Program-made: the position numbers and the translations under genes
Part shown: positions 48,828 through 57,504 of the stretch, piece by piece
Position numbering within the stretch: position 1 is the stretch's first letter
How the letters are laid out: each line of letters opens with the position of its first letter
The notes under the pieces: model-generated
What the model was told of the DNA's origin: nothing
The model's database searches: none
The model's input: the letters and a program-made list of their open reading frames with translations, nothing else
DNA from: Calditrichia bacterium
GTDB lineage: Bacteria; Calditrichota; Calditrichia; RBG-13-44-9; J075
NCBI GenBank assembly: GCA_050633245.1
Contig: JBOEGD010000004.1
Location: 109,866-173,865, forward strand
Direction of reading: 5' to 3'
Length of the DNA: 64,000 bases

Positions 48828-50286
48828 CTACCAGGCCCCATTCTTTCAGCCTGTATTGCAACCATCTTCTGGAAACACCCAACAAATCCGCAGCTTTGGT
48901 CCGATTGTCGTCGGTGATCTCGAGAGTTTTAAGAATAACATGCTTTTCAATTTCTTTCAGCGGTTTACCGATAAGCGTATTCATTTTTTGCGGGCGGTTT
49001 AATTGAAAAGATTCTCCACCTACTTTTTGATTCTTTGTTAAAATAACGGCGCGTTCCATCGCATTCTCCAGCTCACGAATATTGCCCGGCCAGTGATAGC
49101 CCTTCAGGCTTTGTATGGCATCGGCAGTTAATTTTAGCGATTTGTTCGCACGTGCTTGAAACTTCTTCAGGAAATGCTCAGCCAGTAAAGGAATGTCGCT
49201 TGGGCGTTCGCGCAGTGGAGGGATTTTTAAAGAAATAACGTTCAATCGATAGAATAAATCTTCGCGAAACCGACCCGCTTGGGATTCTTCCCAAAGATCC
49301 TTATTCGTCGCAGAAAGAATTCGCACATCAACCTTACGCATTGAGTTTTCGCCAACGCGTTTGATTTCACCTTCTTGCAAAACACGCAAAAGTTTGGTTT
49401 GAACGGTTGGACTGATGTCGGCAATTTCATCAAGAAATAGCGTGCCGCCATCAGCTTCCTCAAATAGACCGGGCTTGTCTTCACTTGCCCCGGTAAAGGA
49501 GCCCTTTTTATGTCCAAAGAGTTCACTTTCTAGCAAGTTTTCGCTCAGGTTTCCGCAAAAGAGCGGTATGAATAGCTTCTCATTTCGCAGCGAGTTGTTG
49601 TGTATCGCTCTGGCAACCAGTTCCTTCCCGGTGCCACTTTCTCCTTCAATTAAGACTGACACATTTGATTCGGCAACATCCTGAATGGTAGACAAAACAG
49701 TCTTAATTCCAGCACTCTTGCCAACGATATCCGGTGCGATAGTGGTGCTGGCAATATCGCGACGTAGTTGCTTGTTTTCTGTCGATAACCGCTCGAACTC
49801 CGCAGCATTGCTTAATGCAATGGCTGCTTGTCTGGCAAAGGCCTGCAGAAACAGAAGATTTTCCTGATTGAACTTTCCGGCTCCGGAGCGCGAGTCCATA
49901 TAAATGGCACCAATAAGCGAAGTATTGCTGACAATGGGAGTGCACATTACGGAGCGAATATTGTGAAGCATGATGCTCGCCGCTCCAGAGAAGCGTTGAT
50001 CTTCCTGCGCATCAACGGCCAGCAGTGGCTCTCCCTCTGCGAGCACTTTATTGACAACACTGCTAGACAGATCGCGAATAGAGGCAATAATGTCGCTGCT
50101 TATATTGCGTGCCGTTACAGCCTTAAACTCGCTTTCGCCTGTCGACTTTAACAGCAGGAATCCACGTTCAGCCTCCACTGCACCCATTGCCATATCCATT
50201 ATCCGATCTAAAAGTAGATCAGAGGCCAGCACAGAATTCAATTCCTCGCCGATTGAAAGTAATGCGTCGTATGTATTTGTTGGCAT
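48817..50286 (-). CDS. GAF-domain sigma54-dependent transcriptional activator (GAF-AAA+-Fis HTH)
   Basis: AERGFLLL, DAQEDQRF, IRSVMCTP (GAF); GESGTGKE, GSFTGA, WPGNIREL; NRTKAADLLGVSRR. Confidence 0.95.
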   Translation of the reverse strand: MPTNTYDALLSIGEELNSVLASDLLLDRIMDMAMGAVEAERGFLLLKSTGESEFKAVTARNISSDIIASIRDLSSSVVNKVLAEGEPLLAVDAQEDQRFSGAASIMLHNIRSVMCTPIVSNTSLIGAIYMDSRSGAGKFNQENLLFLQAFARQAAIALSNAAEFERLSTENKQLRRDIASTTIAPDIVGKSAGIKTVLSTIQDVAESNVSVLIEGESGTGKELVARAIHNNSLRNEKLFIPLFCGNLSENLLESELFGHKKGSFTGASEDKPGLFEEADGGTLFLDEIADISPTVQTKLLRVLQEGEIKRVGENSMRKVDVRILSATNKDLWEESQAGRFREDLFYRLNVISLKIPPLRERPSDIPLLAEHFLKKFQARANKSLKLTADAIQSLKGYHWPGNIRELENAMERAVILTKNQKVGGESFQLNRPQKMNTLIGKPLKEIEKHVILKTLEITDDNRTKAADLLGVSRRWLQYRLKEWGLVDED

Positions 50287-50296
50287 GTAGTATCCG

Positions 50297-51556
50297 CTAT
50301 TTTACGTATATCAGTCTGGTTATTGCCGAGCTGAAATCGCCTTTAAAGACTGCAAAATAGAGCCCGGACGGGTTTTCTGAATTATCTGAACTGGTATTCC
50401 AAAGAACTGTAGACTTACCTGCAGGAAAGACCTCATTTGCAAGGGTGGTCACCAGTCGACCGGCAACATCAAAGATTTTCAGAGTGGCTTTCTGTCGTCG
50501 CTGCAAATTAATTTCGAGTGTGGCCTGACCATTGAATGGATTTGGATAAGCTCGCAGCAGAGAAAAACCTTCGATAATTTCCGTTCTGTCTTCTATACCG
50601 GTTTTAATAGACTGAAATACTTCAACCCGGTTCAACGGTTGGAGCGGGTCGGCGCTATAGCCGCCGATTATATAAGGCCGCCCCATAATGGTCGCTCCAC
50701 TTGCACCAATTCTGCCGGAAGTTAAGGCGGTGCCTTCTTCGATCTCTCCCGAGGTCTTGTTATAAATCTCGACTCTGTCGCTGGGGCCGCTTGTGGTAAC
50801 TCCACCCATCATAAAAATACTATCGCCAACTACCGCCGTCGCCCCATTTCCGCGACTACCGAGCAGCTGCGGTAGCGGAGAGAATAGCAGGCTGTCTGCA
50901 GAAGTGATTGCGCTGAATCCACTTCTTATTGGAAGGACAAAGATGCCTCCCATAACAAAAGTTGTGTTGCCTATCGTTGCACTGAACGGGGCTGCTCTAG
51001 GGGATGCAACAACACCGCTGGATACTTGCCAAAAACCACCACCGGTTTGTAAGTATTCGATGCTATTGAGATAATCTTCATTTGAGCCAATTCCGGCGAA
51101 GATAAAAAGCGACCCGGAAATTACGCTGGCCACATGCCCCTCTCTAATACTTGCCAGCATGTTACTGGTTCGCCAGTTGTCAGAAACAGGATTATATATT
51201 TCAATACTGTTGAGCACATTACCGGTTGAGTCACGTCCACCAATTAAATAGAATTCGTCTTCGAAAAGTGTTGCGCTTGCGTTAACCCGAGGCGTTTTAA
51301 ATGTCGGGATGGCCGTTGTGTCCCAGCTGTTCTCAATAGGGCTATAAACTTCAACAGACTTTAAGGTTTCTCCGCTTTCGGAATTTCCACCGAAAATGTA
51401 GATTTTGTCCTGATATGAAATCGCCGATGCGCCATGTCGCGCCAGGTTCAACGTAGCTACTTCAAACCAGTCGCCCTGCTTATTCGTCTCTTGCGCATGT
51501 GCATGTAGAATGCCCATCAGCACAGCGAACAACAATATGTAGCGGAAACAGGTCAT
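50297..51556 (-). CDS. Secreted Kelch beta-propeller protein with Por/T9SS-type C-terminal domain
   Basis: Signal peptide MTCFRYILLFAV; six Kelch repeats (IYIFGG, FYLIGG, FIFAG, FVMGG, FMMGG, YIIGG); AYPNPFN tail. Confidence 0.9.
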   Translation of the reverse strand: MTCFRYILLFAVLMGILHAHAQETNKQGDWFEVATLNLARHGASAISYQDKIYIFGGNSESGETLKSVEVYSPIENSWDTTAIPTFKTPRVNASATLFEDEFYLIGGRDSTGNVLNSIEIYNPVSDNWRTSNMLASIREGHVASVISGSLFIFAGIGSNEDYLNSIEYLQTGGGFWQVSSGVVASPRAAPFSATIGNTTFVMGGIFVLPIRSGFSAITSADSLLFSPLPQLLGSRGNGATAVVGDSIFMMGGVTTSGPSDRVEIYNKTSGEIEEGTALTSGRIGASGATIMGRPYIIGGYSADPLQPLNRVEVFQSIKTGIEDRTEIIEGFSLLRAYPNPFNGQATLEINLQRRQKATLKIFDVAGRLVTTLANEVFPAGKSTVLWNTSSDNSENPSGLYFAVFKGDFSSAITRLIYVK

Positions 51557-51569
51557 AGTTTCAGGAACC

Positions 51570-52550
51570 TTAGTTTTGTAAAATCGAAAAAGCTGCCGGC
51601 TTTGAGCGACTGCTATTGCCAAATTCATCCACAATATATAGCACCCAAAATAGAGGTTTTTCCTCGGGCAACTGTGGATCGATAGGTGTCGAATATGTAT
51701 AACGGGTTGTGCCGGGACGAAATCCATCGATTTCTACGAGAAGTAGAGTCGTGTCGATCTGGATTTCATAGATTTCAATTTTATAAGTAAAATCTACAAG
51801 TTGCGTTACAAGTTCCCACTCCATGACAAATGGAATAGTCACCACATCGTCTGCTATAGGGCGGCTTGTAACGGGTGTTGTGTCAATTATCCGGCTAATA
51901 AATTTGTCTTCTGATGCGGTTATACTGCCTTCTGAATCTTCTATAAAAAAGGTGAACGGTTTGCCGATCAAGCGCCTGATCGAGCTAATACCAATGTCAG
52001 TCGCCTCGAGCCGACCGAGGTAGAGATTCGACTGCAGAGAATCTTCCGTCAATGTATCAGCAAAAGCGAACGATGGCAGCTCATACCAACCGGTTAGCTG
52101 ACCTCCGGTTTGATCGGGGTCAATGCCCTGAAGTTCTACATCAATATAGAACTCATCTTCGGCAGGAAAAAAGCGTGAAACATGTCTTGTTAAAAGAGAG
52201 GCGCTCGCAAGTTGGGGAAGCGCATTTAGCTCGAACTCTATCGAGATCCCCTTGGTGAGATCGACAGACTGCTCAGTTGGAGCAAAACCTTCTGCCTCAC
52301 AAGAAATCGTATACGAACCGGATTGAATATTTTGTATCGCGAAGAAACCATTGTTATCGGTAATGGTTCCGACATTGGAGGGAGTTAAACTGATAAGCGC
52401 ACCTGACACGGGATTTTTACCGATTGAGGTTAATACTTGACCTGTAATGGAAAATCCATCTTTTGAATCGAAGGGATTCTCACGCGGTGCATCAGAGAAA
52501 CAGCCAGCCATAAGCAGGCAAAATGCAATATTTGCAACGCGTTTAAGCAA
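51570..52550 (-). CDS. Lipoprotein with carboxypeptidase-regulatory-like (Ig) domain
   Basis: Lipobox MAGC, DAPRENPFD, ITGQV...GALI...TDNNGFF.I.NI..GSY; start approximate (TTG 52550). Confidence 0.8.
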   Translation of the reverse strand: MLKRVANIAFCLLMAGCFSDAPRENPFDSKDGFSITGQVLTSIGKNPVSGALISLTPSNVGTITDNNGFFAIQNIQSGSYTISCEAEGFAPTEQSVDLTKGISIEFELNALPQLASASLLTRHVSRFFPAEDEFYIDVELQGIDPDQTGGQLTGWYELPSFAFADTLTEDSLQSNLYLGRLEATDIGISSIRRLIGKPFTFFIEDSEGSITASEDKFISRIIDTTPVTSRPIADDVVTIPFVMEWELVTQLVDFTYKIEIYEIQIDTTLLLVEIDGFRPGTTRYTYSTPIDPQLPEEKPLFWVLYIVDEFGNSSRSKPAAFSILQN

Positions 52551-52661
52551 GCGACATCCCCCAACTCGGCCGACGATAAGAAAAGACAAAGACTACTATG
52601 TTGATACGCGGTAGATAAGTAAAAAAGAATCGATATTTAAAATTCTCATTGTTCCTGAAAT

Positions 52662-52690
52662 AATATAAAGCTGTCTTGGCAATGTTACAA
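52662..52690 (-). promoter_or_regulatory. Putative sigma70 promoter for the sensor/kinase operon
   Basis: Minus strand TTGTAA-17-TATATT. Confidence 0.4.
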
Positions 52691-52731
52691 TAGAAAATGA
52701 GTGCGTGGTTTAACAGAAGAAAGCGCTAAGT

Positions 52732-52773
52732 AAAAGAAAAACAACCCCGCCTCGGAGAATCGGGGAGGGGTTG
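52732..52773 (-). terminator. Terminator downstream of acs
   Basis: CAACCCC...GGGGTTG stem with an A-tract on the + strand (U-tract on the - strand). Confidence 0.7.
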
Positions 52774-52795
52774 CAAGACCAGATAGAAGCGGATG

Positions 52796-54724
52796 TTATT
52801 TTTTACGTTCATCCATAAGTTTTTCTACCACGGTTGGATCGGCAAGAGTGGAAATGTCTCCGACATTATCGAGGTCACCCTCCGCAATTTTTCGCAGAAT
52901 ACGACGCATAATTTTGCCCGAGCGCGTTTTTGGCAGACCCGGTGTAAAATGAATTTTATCGGGCGTCGCGTGTGGTCCAATTACTGCACGGACGGATTTC
53001 TTAATATCTGCTTCAATTTGATCGCTTGAGTCTATACCGGTCATTAATGTAACGTATGCATAGATGCCTTGCCCCTTAATGTCGTGCGGGTAGCCTACCA
53101 CAGCGGCCTCAGCAACGCCGTCTGCCTTTCCAATCGCCCCCTCAACTTCAGCACTGCCAATACGGTGTCCGGAAACATTCATGACATCATCAACGCGACC
53201 GGTAATCCAATAATAGCCGTCTTCATCACGCCGAGCGCCGTCTCCTGCAAAGTAATAGCCGGGAAATCGATCGAAGTAGGTTTGGCGAAACCGCTCATGA
53301 TCGCCGTAGATTGTACGCATTAGTGAGGGCCACGGGGTTTTAATGCAAAGATAACCCGATGTTGCCCCTTCCTTTTCATTTCCATTCTCATCCAGTAATA
53401 CCGGTTCAATTCCGAAGAAGGGAAGCGTGGCGGAACCGGGTTTTGTGGGCGTCGCGCCGGGGAGTGGTGTAAGTAAAACGCCACCGGTCTCAGTTTGCCA
53501 CCAGGTATCTATGATTGGGCAACGATCTTTGCCAACAACGTCTTTATACCACATCCATTCTGGCTCTTTGATTGGCTCGCCAACTGTGCCAAGTAACTTT
53601 AAAGAGGAAAGGTCGTGCTGGTTTGGCCATTTATCGCCCTCCTTCATTAGTGCTCGAATTGCGGTTGGGGCAGTGTAAAACTGGTTCACTTTATGCTTTT
53701 CACAGATTGCCCAAAATCGCCCAAAGTCGGGGTAATTTGGTACGCCTTCGAACATCATCGTTGTGGCGCGGTTTATCATTGGGCCGTAAATAATATAGGA
53801 ATGACCTGTGATCCAGCCGATGTCAGCTGTGCACCAATAGATATCATCTTCCTTATAATCAAAAATCATTTTGTGGGTGAACGAGGTGTAGAGAGCATAG
53901 CCGCCCTGAGTGTGAACCACGCCTTTGGGTTTACCGGTCGAGCCGGATGTATAAAGTACAAAAAGTGGGTCTTCTGCGTCGAGTTCTACTGCCGGACATT
54001 CCGAATTTGCTGAAGCCATTTCCTCATGCCACCAACAGTCGCGTCCACTGTCCATATTTACTTCATTGCCGGTTCGTTGCACAACAACGATCGTTTCAAT
54101 CGAAGGGCAGTCCTTAACTGCGACATCGGCGTTGGCCTTCATCGGAATGTCTTGTTTTGCGCCGCGCACCGCGGTGTCTTGAGTAACGAGCAATTTGCAG
54201 GATGAATCGTTAATGCGGTCGATTAGCGAATCTGCACTAAATGCTCCAAACACAATTGAATGGACTGCCCCAATTCGTGCACAGGCCATCATGGCGAAGG
54301 ACAATTGCGGAATCATCTGCATATAAATGCAAACGCGATCGCCCTTTTGTATGCCTTTGGCCTTCAAAACATTAGCGAATTTTGAAACCTCTTCCAAAAC
54401 TTCAGCATAGGTAAAAGACTTGGAGTCGTTTGGGTCATTGCCTTCCCAGATAATCGCGGTCTTTCCGCCGTGCCCGGATTTTATATGTCGATCTAAACAG
54501 TTGTAGGTAAGATTGATCTTGCCACCCTTAAACCAGGAGATGTTCGCTTTTACGAAGTCATATTCGCGAACCGTATCCCATTTTTTGAACCAGTGAAGCT
54601 CATCGGCTTTTTCGGCCCAGAAAGCTTCCGGATCGGCGATCGATTTTTCGTATATTTTGCGATACTGCGCCAGCGATTTAACATACGCTTTATTGGCAAA
54701 GTCTGGATTGGGCTGATACTTCAT
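52796..54724 (-). CDS. acs: Acetyl-CoA synthetase
   Basis: YTSGSTGKPKG, WCTADIGWITGHSY, DTWWQTETG, PKTRSGKIMRR. Confidence 0.98.
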   Translation of the reverse strand: MKYQPNPDFANKAYVKSLAQYRKIYEKSIADPEAFWAEKADELHWFKKWDTVREYDFVKANISWFKGGKINLTYNCLDRHIKSGHGGKTAIIWEGNDPNDSKSFTYAEVLEEVSKFANVLKAKGIQKGDRVCIYMQMIPQLSFAMMACARIGAVHSIVFGAFSADSLIDRINDSSCKLLVTQDTAVRGAKQDIPMKANADVAVKDCPSIETIVVVQRTGNEVNMDSGRDCWWHEEMASANSECPAVELDAEDPLFVLYTSGSTGKPKGVVHTQGGYALYTSFTHKMIFDYKEDDIYWCTADIGWITGHSYIIYGPMINRATTMMFEGVPNYPDFGRFWAICEKHKVNQFYTAPTAIRALMKEGDKWPNQHDLSSLKLLGTVGEPIKEPEWMWYKDVVGKDRCPIIDTWWQTETGGVLLTPLPGATPTKPGSATLPFFGIEPVLLDENGNEKEGATSGYLCIKTPWPSLMRTIYGDHERFRQTYFDRFPGYYFAGDGARRDEDGYYWITGRVDDVMNVSGHRIGSAEVEGAIGKADGVAEAAVVGYPHDIKGQGIYAYVTLMTGIDSSDQIEADIKKSVRAVIGPHATPDKIHFTPGLPKTRSGKIMRRILRKIAEGDLDNVGDISTLADPTVVEKLMDERKK

Positions 54725-54996
54725 GCAAGTCCTCCTTAATTGGCAAGTGACACTAACGATAGAATTTCAGTAGAAATATTTGTAGAGCTCTCAAGCAGTA
54801 TATGGAGATGAATCGACATCACGAGCATATAAGTGATGGCATAGTTTAAGAGCTATATGGTTTGTGTGAGTATTTTGCTCCACATATTGGGAAATCGTTT
54901 TTTTTATATCCCCGGAGATCAGTTGCAAAGTAGACAACCGTACAGTGTAACAAATACTGTCGCTTAGTGTAAATGAGGAATGAAATAAAGTCAAGA

Positions 54997-55027
54997 GAAA
55001 TTCGGGCAGGATAAGGGCCCGAATTTC
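54997..55027. terminator. Hairpin downstream of the actP-like gene
   Basis: Perfect 11-bp stem GAAATTCGGGC-N9-GCCCGAATTTC. Confidence 0.6.
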
Positions 55028-55042
55028 GATGGCTGTTAAATA

Positions 55043-56827
55043 TTAGTGCAGATCAGCTGCCGAGCCAGCACCCCTCGGAATGCGGATGTTCTCGATCAAC
55101 TCCTGAATTTCTTTTGGTGGTGCCGGAGTAAGACGGGAAACCGTTAGCGTTACAGCCACGTTCAGGAGCATGCCAATTGTACCGATACCCTCGGGTGAAA
55201 TTCGAAACAGCCAGTTATCCGGAGTATTGGCTTCCGGACTAATAAACTTAAAGTAGATGATGTATGCGGCCGTGAAGATGATACCTGTTAGCATGCCGCT
55301 CAATGCGCCTTCTTTATTGACGCGCTTGCTGAATATGCCCAGAATTATAGCTGGAAAAAAAGAGGCTGCTGCCAAACCGAAGGCAAAGGCCACGACTTGC
55401 GCTACAAACCCGAGAGGGTAAATGCCAAACAAACCGGCAATGATTACCGCGCCACCTGCAGCAATTCGTGCATACCGCAACTCCTGTTTGTCTGTAATAT
55501 CTTTTGCGATGGTTTTGCGAATGAGGTCGTGTGCCACGGATGTTGATATTACAAGTAATAGTCCTGCTGCAGTAGATAAGGCTGCCGCCAAACCTCCTGC
55601 CGCCACCAATGCGACCACCCAGTTTGGTAAGCCGGCGATTTCCGGGTTCGCCAAAACCATAATATCCCTATCTATATAGAGCTCATTCGAGTTCGTGGTT
55701 AGTTTATTCTCGACTAATAATTGCCCCATAGTGCCTTTTTTACCGGAATAAACGGGTTTGCCACGCTCAAGTGCATTGCCGGGAGCATAGTCGATTCGTC
55801 CGTCTTCATTCTTGTCTACCCAGGCAATTAATTCGGTGTTTTCCCAATTTTTAAACCAGGTTGGGGCAGATGAATATTCTTCTTCATGGAGTGTTTGTAT
55901 CATATTGGTGCGTGCGAAAGCCGCTACTGCCGGTGCAGTTGTATAGAGCAATGCGATAAAGAGAAGCGCCCAACCTGCTGAGCTACGTGCGTCGCGAACC
56001 CGTGGCACAGTGAAGAAACGAATGATTACGTGCGGTAATCCTGCTGTGCCAACCATCAATGCAATGGTGATCATAAGAATATCGATCATTTCCTTGGCAC
56101 CCCGGCCGGTATAAGCGGTAAAGCCGAGATCTTTATTTAAACCATCCAGCTTATCCAGCAAGTATCCGCCTCCGAATACCTCCTTCAGCTCGCTGCCAAA
56201 ACCGAGTTGAGGAACCGGATTTCCGGTAAGCAGAATCGATATGAATATTGCCGGTATCAGATAGGCTACAATTAGTACGCAATACTGAGCCACCTGCGTG
56301 TAGGTAATTCCCTTCATGCCGCCAAGAGTCGCATAAAAAAAGACGATAACCATCCCAATGGCGACGCCCATATCTACCGGCACTTCCAGGAAACGTGAAA
56401 ATACGATGCCTACACCGCGCATCTGACCTGCCACATAGGTGAAGGAAACGAAAATGGCGCAAACAACGGCAATGATGCGCGCAGTATCAGAATAGTAGCG
56501 TTCAGCGACAAAGTCCGGAACTGTAAATTTACCAAATTTTCTGAGATAGGGCGCCAGAAGCATAGCAAGAAGTACATAACCTCCGGTCCAGCCCATTAGA
56601 TACATTGCGCCATCCCGGCCCATAAATGAAATAATGCCTGCCATAGAAATAAATGATGCTGCTGACATCCAGTCTGCAGCTGTGGCCATGCCGTTGGCAA
56701 TCGGATGTACTGATTTCGCAGCAACGTAGAAGTCGCCTGTGGTCCGGGCGCGCGACCAAATTGCAATTCCAATGTAAAGTGCAAAGGTCAGCCCAACTAA
56801 CAGCCATGTCCATTCCTGAATACTCAT
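55043..56827 (-). CDS. actP: Sodium:solute symporter, ActP/VC_2705 subfamily (acetate permease-like)
   Basis: NGMATAADWMSAASF, GTAGLPHVIIRFFTV; adjacent to acs. Confidence 0.85.
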   Translation of the reverse strand: MSIQEWTWLLVGLTFALYIGIAIWSRARTTGDFYVAAKSVHPIANGMATAADWMSAASFISMAGIISFMGRDGAMYLMGWTGGYVLLAMLLAPYLRKFGKFTVPDFVAERYYSDTARIIAVVCAIFVSFTYVAGQMRGVGIVFSRFLEVPVDMGVAIGMVIVFFYATLGGMKGITYTQVAQYCVLIVAYLIPAIFISILLTGNPVPQLGFGSELKEVFGGGYLLDKLDGLNKDLGFTAYTGRGAKEMIDILMITIALMVGTAGLPHVIIRFFTVPRVRDARSSAGWALLFIALLYTTAPAVAAFARTNMIQTLHEEEYSSAPTWFKNWENTELIAWVDKNEDGRIDYAPGNALERGKPVYSGKKGTMGQLLVENKLTTNSNELYIDRDIMVLANPEIAGLPNWVVALVAAGGLAAALSTAAGLLLVISTSVAHDLIRKTIAKDITDKQELRYARIAAGGAVIIAGLFGIYPLGFVAQVVAFAFGLAAASFFPAIILGIFSKRVNKEGALSGMLTGIIFTAAYIIYFKFISPEANTPDNWLFRISPEGIGTIGMLLNVAVTLTVSRLTPAPPKEIQELIENIRIPRGAGSAADLH

Positions 56828-56875
56828 GTATTATCCTCCGAAAGAATAGTCGTATATCCCGATTCAATTGTCACA

Positions 56876-57133
56876 TTAGTCTTCTGCTACACCGTATTTT
56901 GCGTCAAGATTATTCATAAGGCGGACATAGACGAATATTAAAATAACGAAGACAATTACCGATCCTTGTTGAGCAATCCAGAAACCAAGCTTAAAGCCGA
57001 AGAACTGGAACTTGTCCAGCTCATCAACCAGTAGAATGCCACATACTGCGGACACTAAAAACCAAATTGATAAAAGTATACCCACATAGCCCAGATTTTT
57101 CTTCCAATAGTCATTTAAATTTTTAGATGACAT
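56876..57133 (-). CDS. DUF4212 small membrane subunit of the symporter
   Basis: YWKKNL, GFKLGFWIAQQGS, LDAKYG. Confidence 0.9.
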   Translation of the reverse strand: MSSKNLNDYWKKNLGYVGILLSIWFLVSAVCGILLVDELDKFQFFGFKLGFWIAQQGSVIVFVILIFVYVRLMNNLDAKYGVAED

Positions 57134-57504
57134 GATGCACCTCCAACTCACGCTATGGCGTGATTTATGATATACCGAGAGATGTAAATGATCTTAGTTT
57201 AATACAAATGCAGAAGATATTGCCTGCGAATGATGCTTTATTAAAGCGTTTAGGCAGAATGCAGCAAACGTACGAAAACTCAATGAAACAGGCAATAGCG
57301 CGATCTCGCATGCGCCTTATTGCCGCAATTCAGATGTTTGCAGGACCCGTATTTTTTACTTTTCACTTGATAAATGCGGGTCATATTCCTCATTATACAA
57401 TGCTATATTGAAATCTACCTTTTACACCAGTTGAAACCTGTTTGTTACGATAGTAAAGAGAGAATGGTTTTGTTGGCTGTCAAGAGGCTAATCAGGAGTA
57501 TGAA

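Noticed and set aside
44200-49520. GSFTGA instead of GAFTGA in both bEBPs as a sign of inactivity
   Set aside because: GSFTGA is a common natural variant that retains the key F-T residues.
51557-51727. Long N-terminal extension of the Kelch ORF overlapping the lipoprotein gene
   Set aside because: The signal peptide starts at Met 51556; the extension is overlap read-through.
57160-57411. 83-aa ORF between DUF4212 and the E1 gene
   Set aside because: Occupies the divergent promoter region, GTG start, no RBS or motif.
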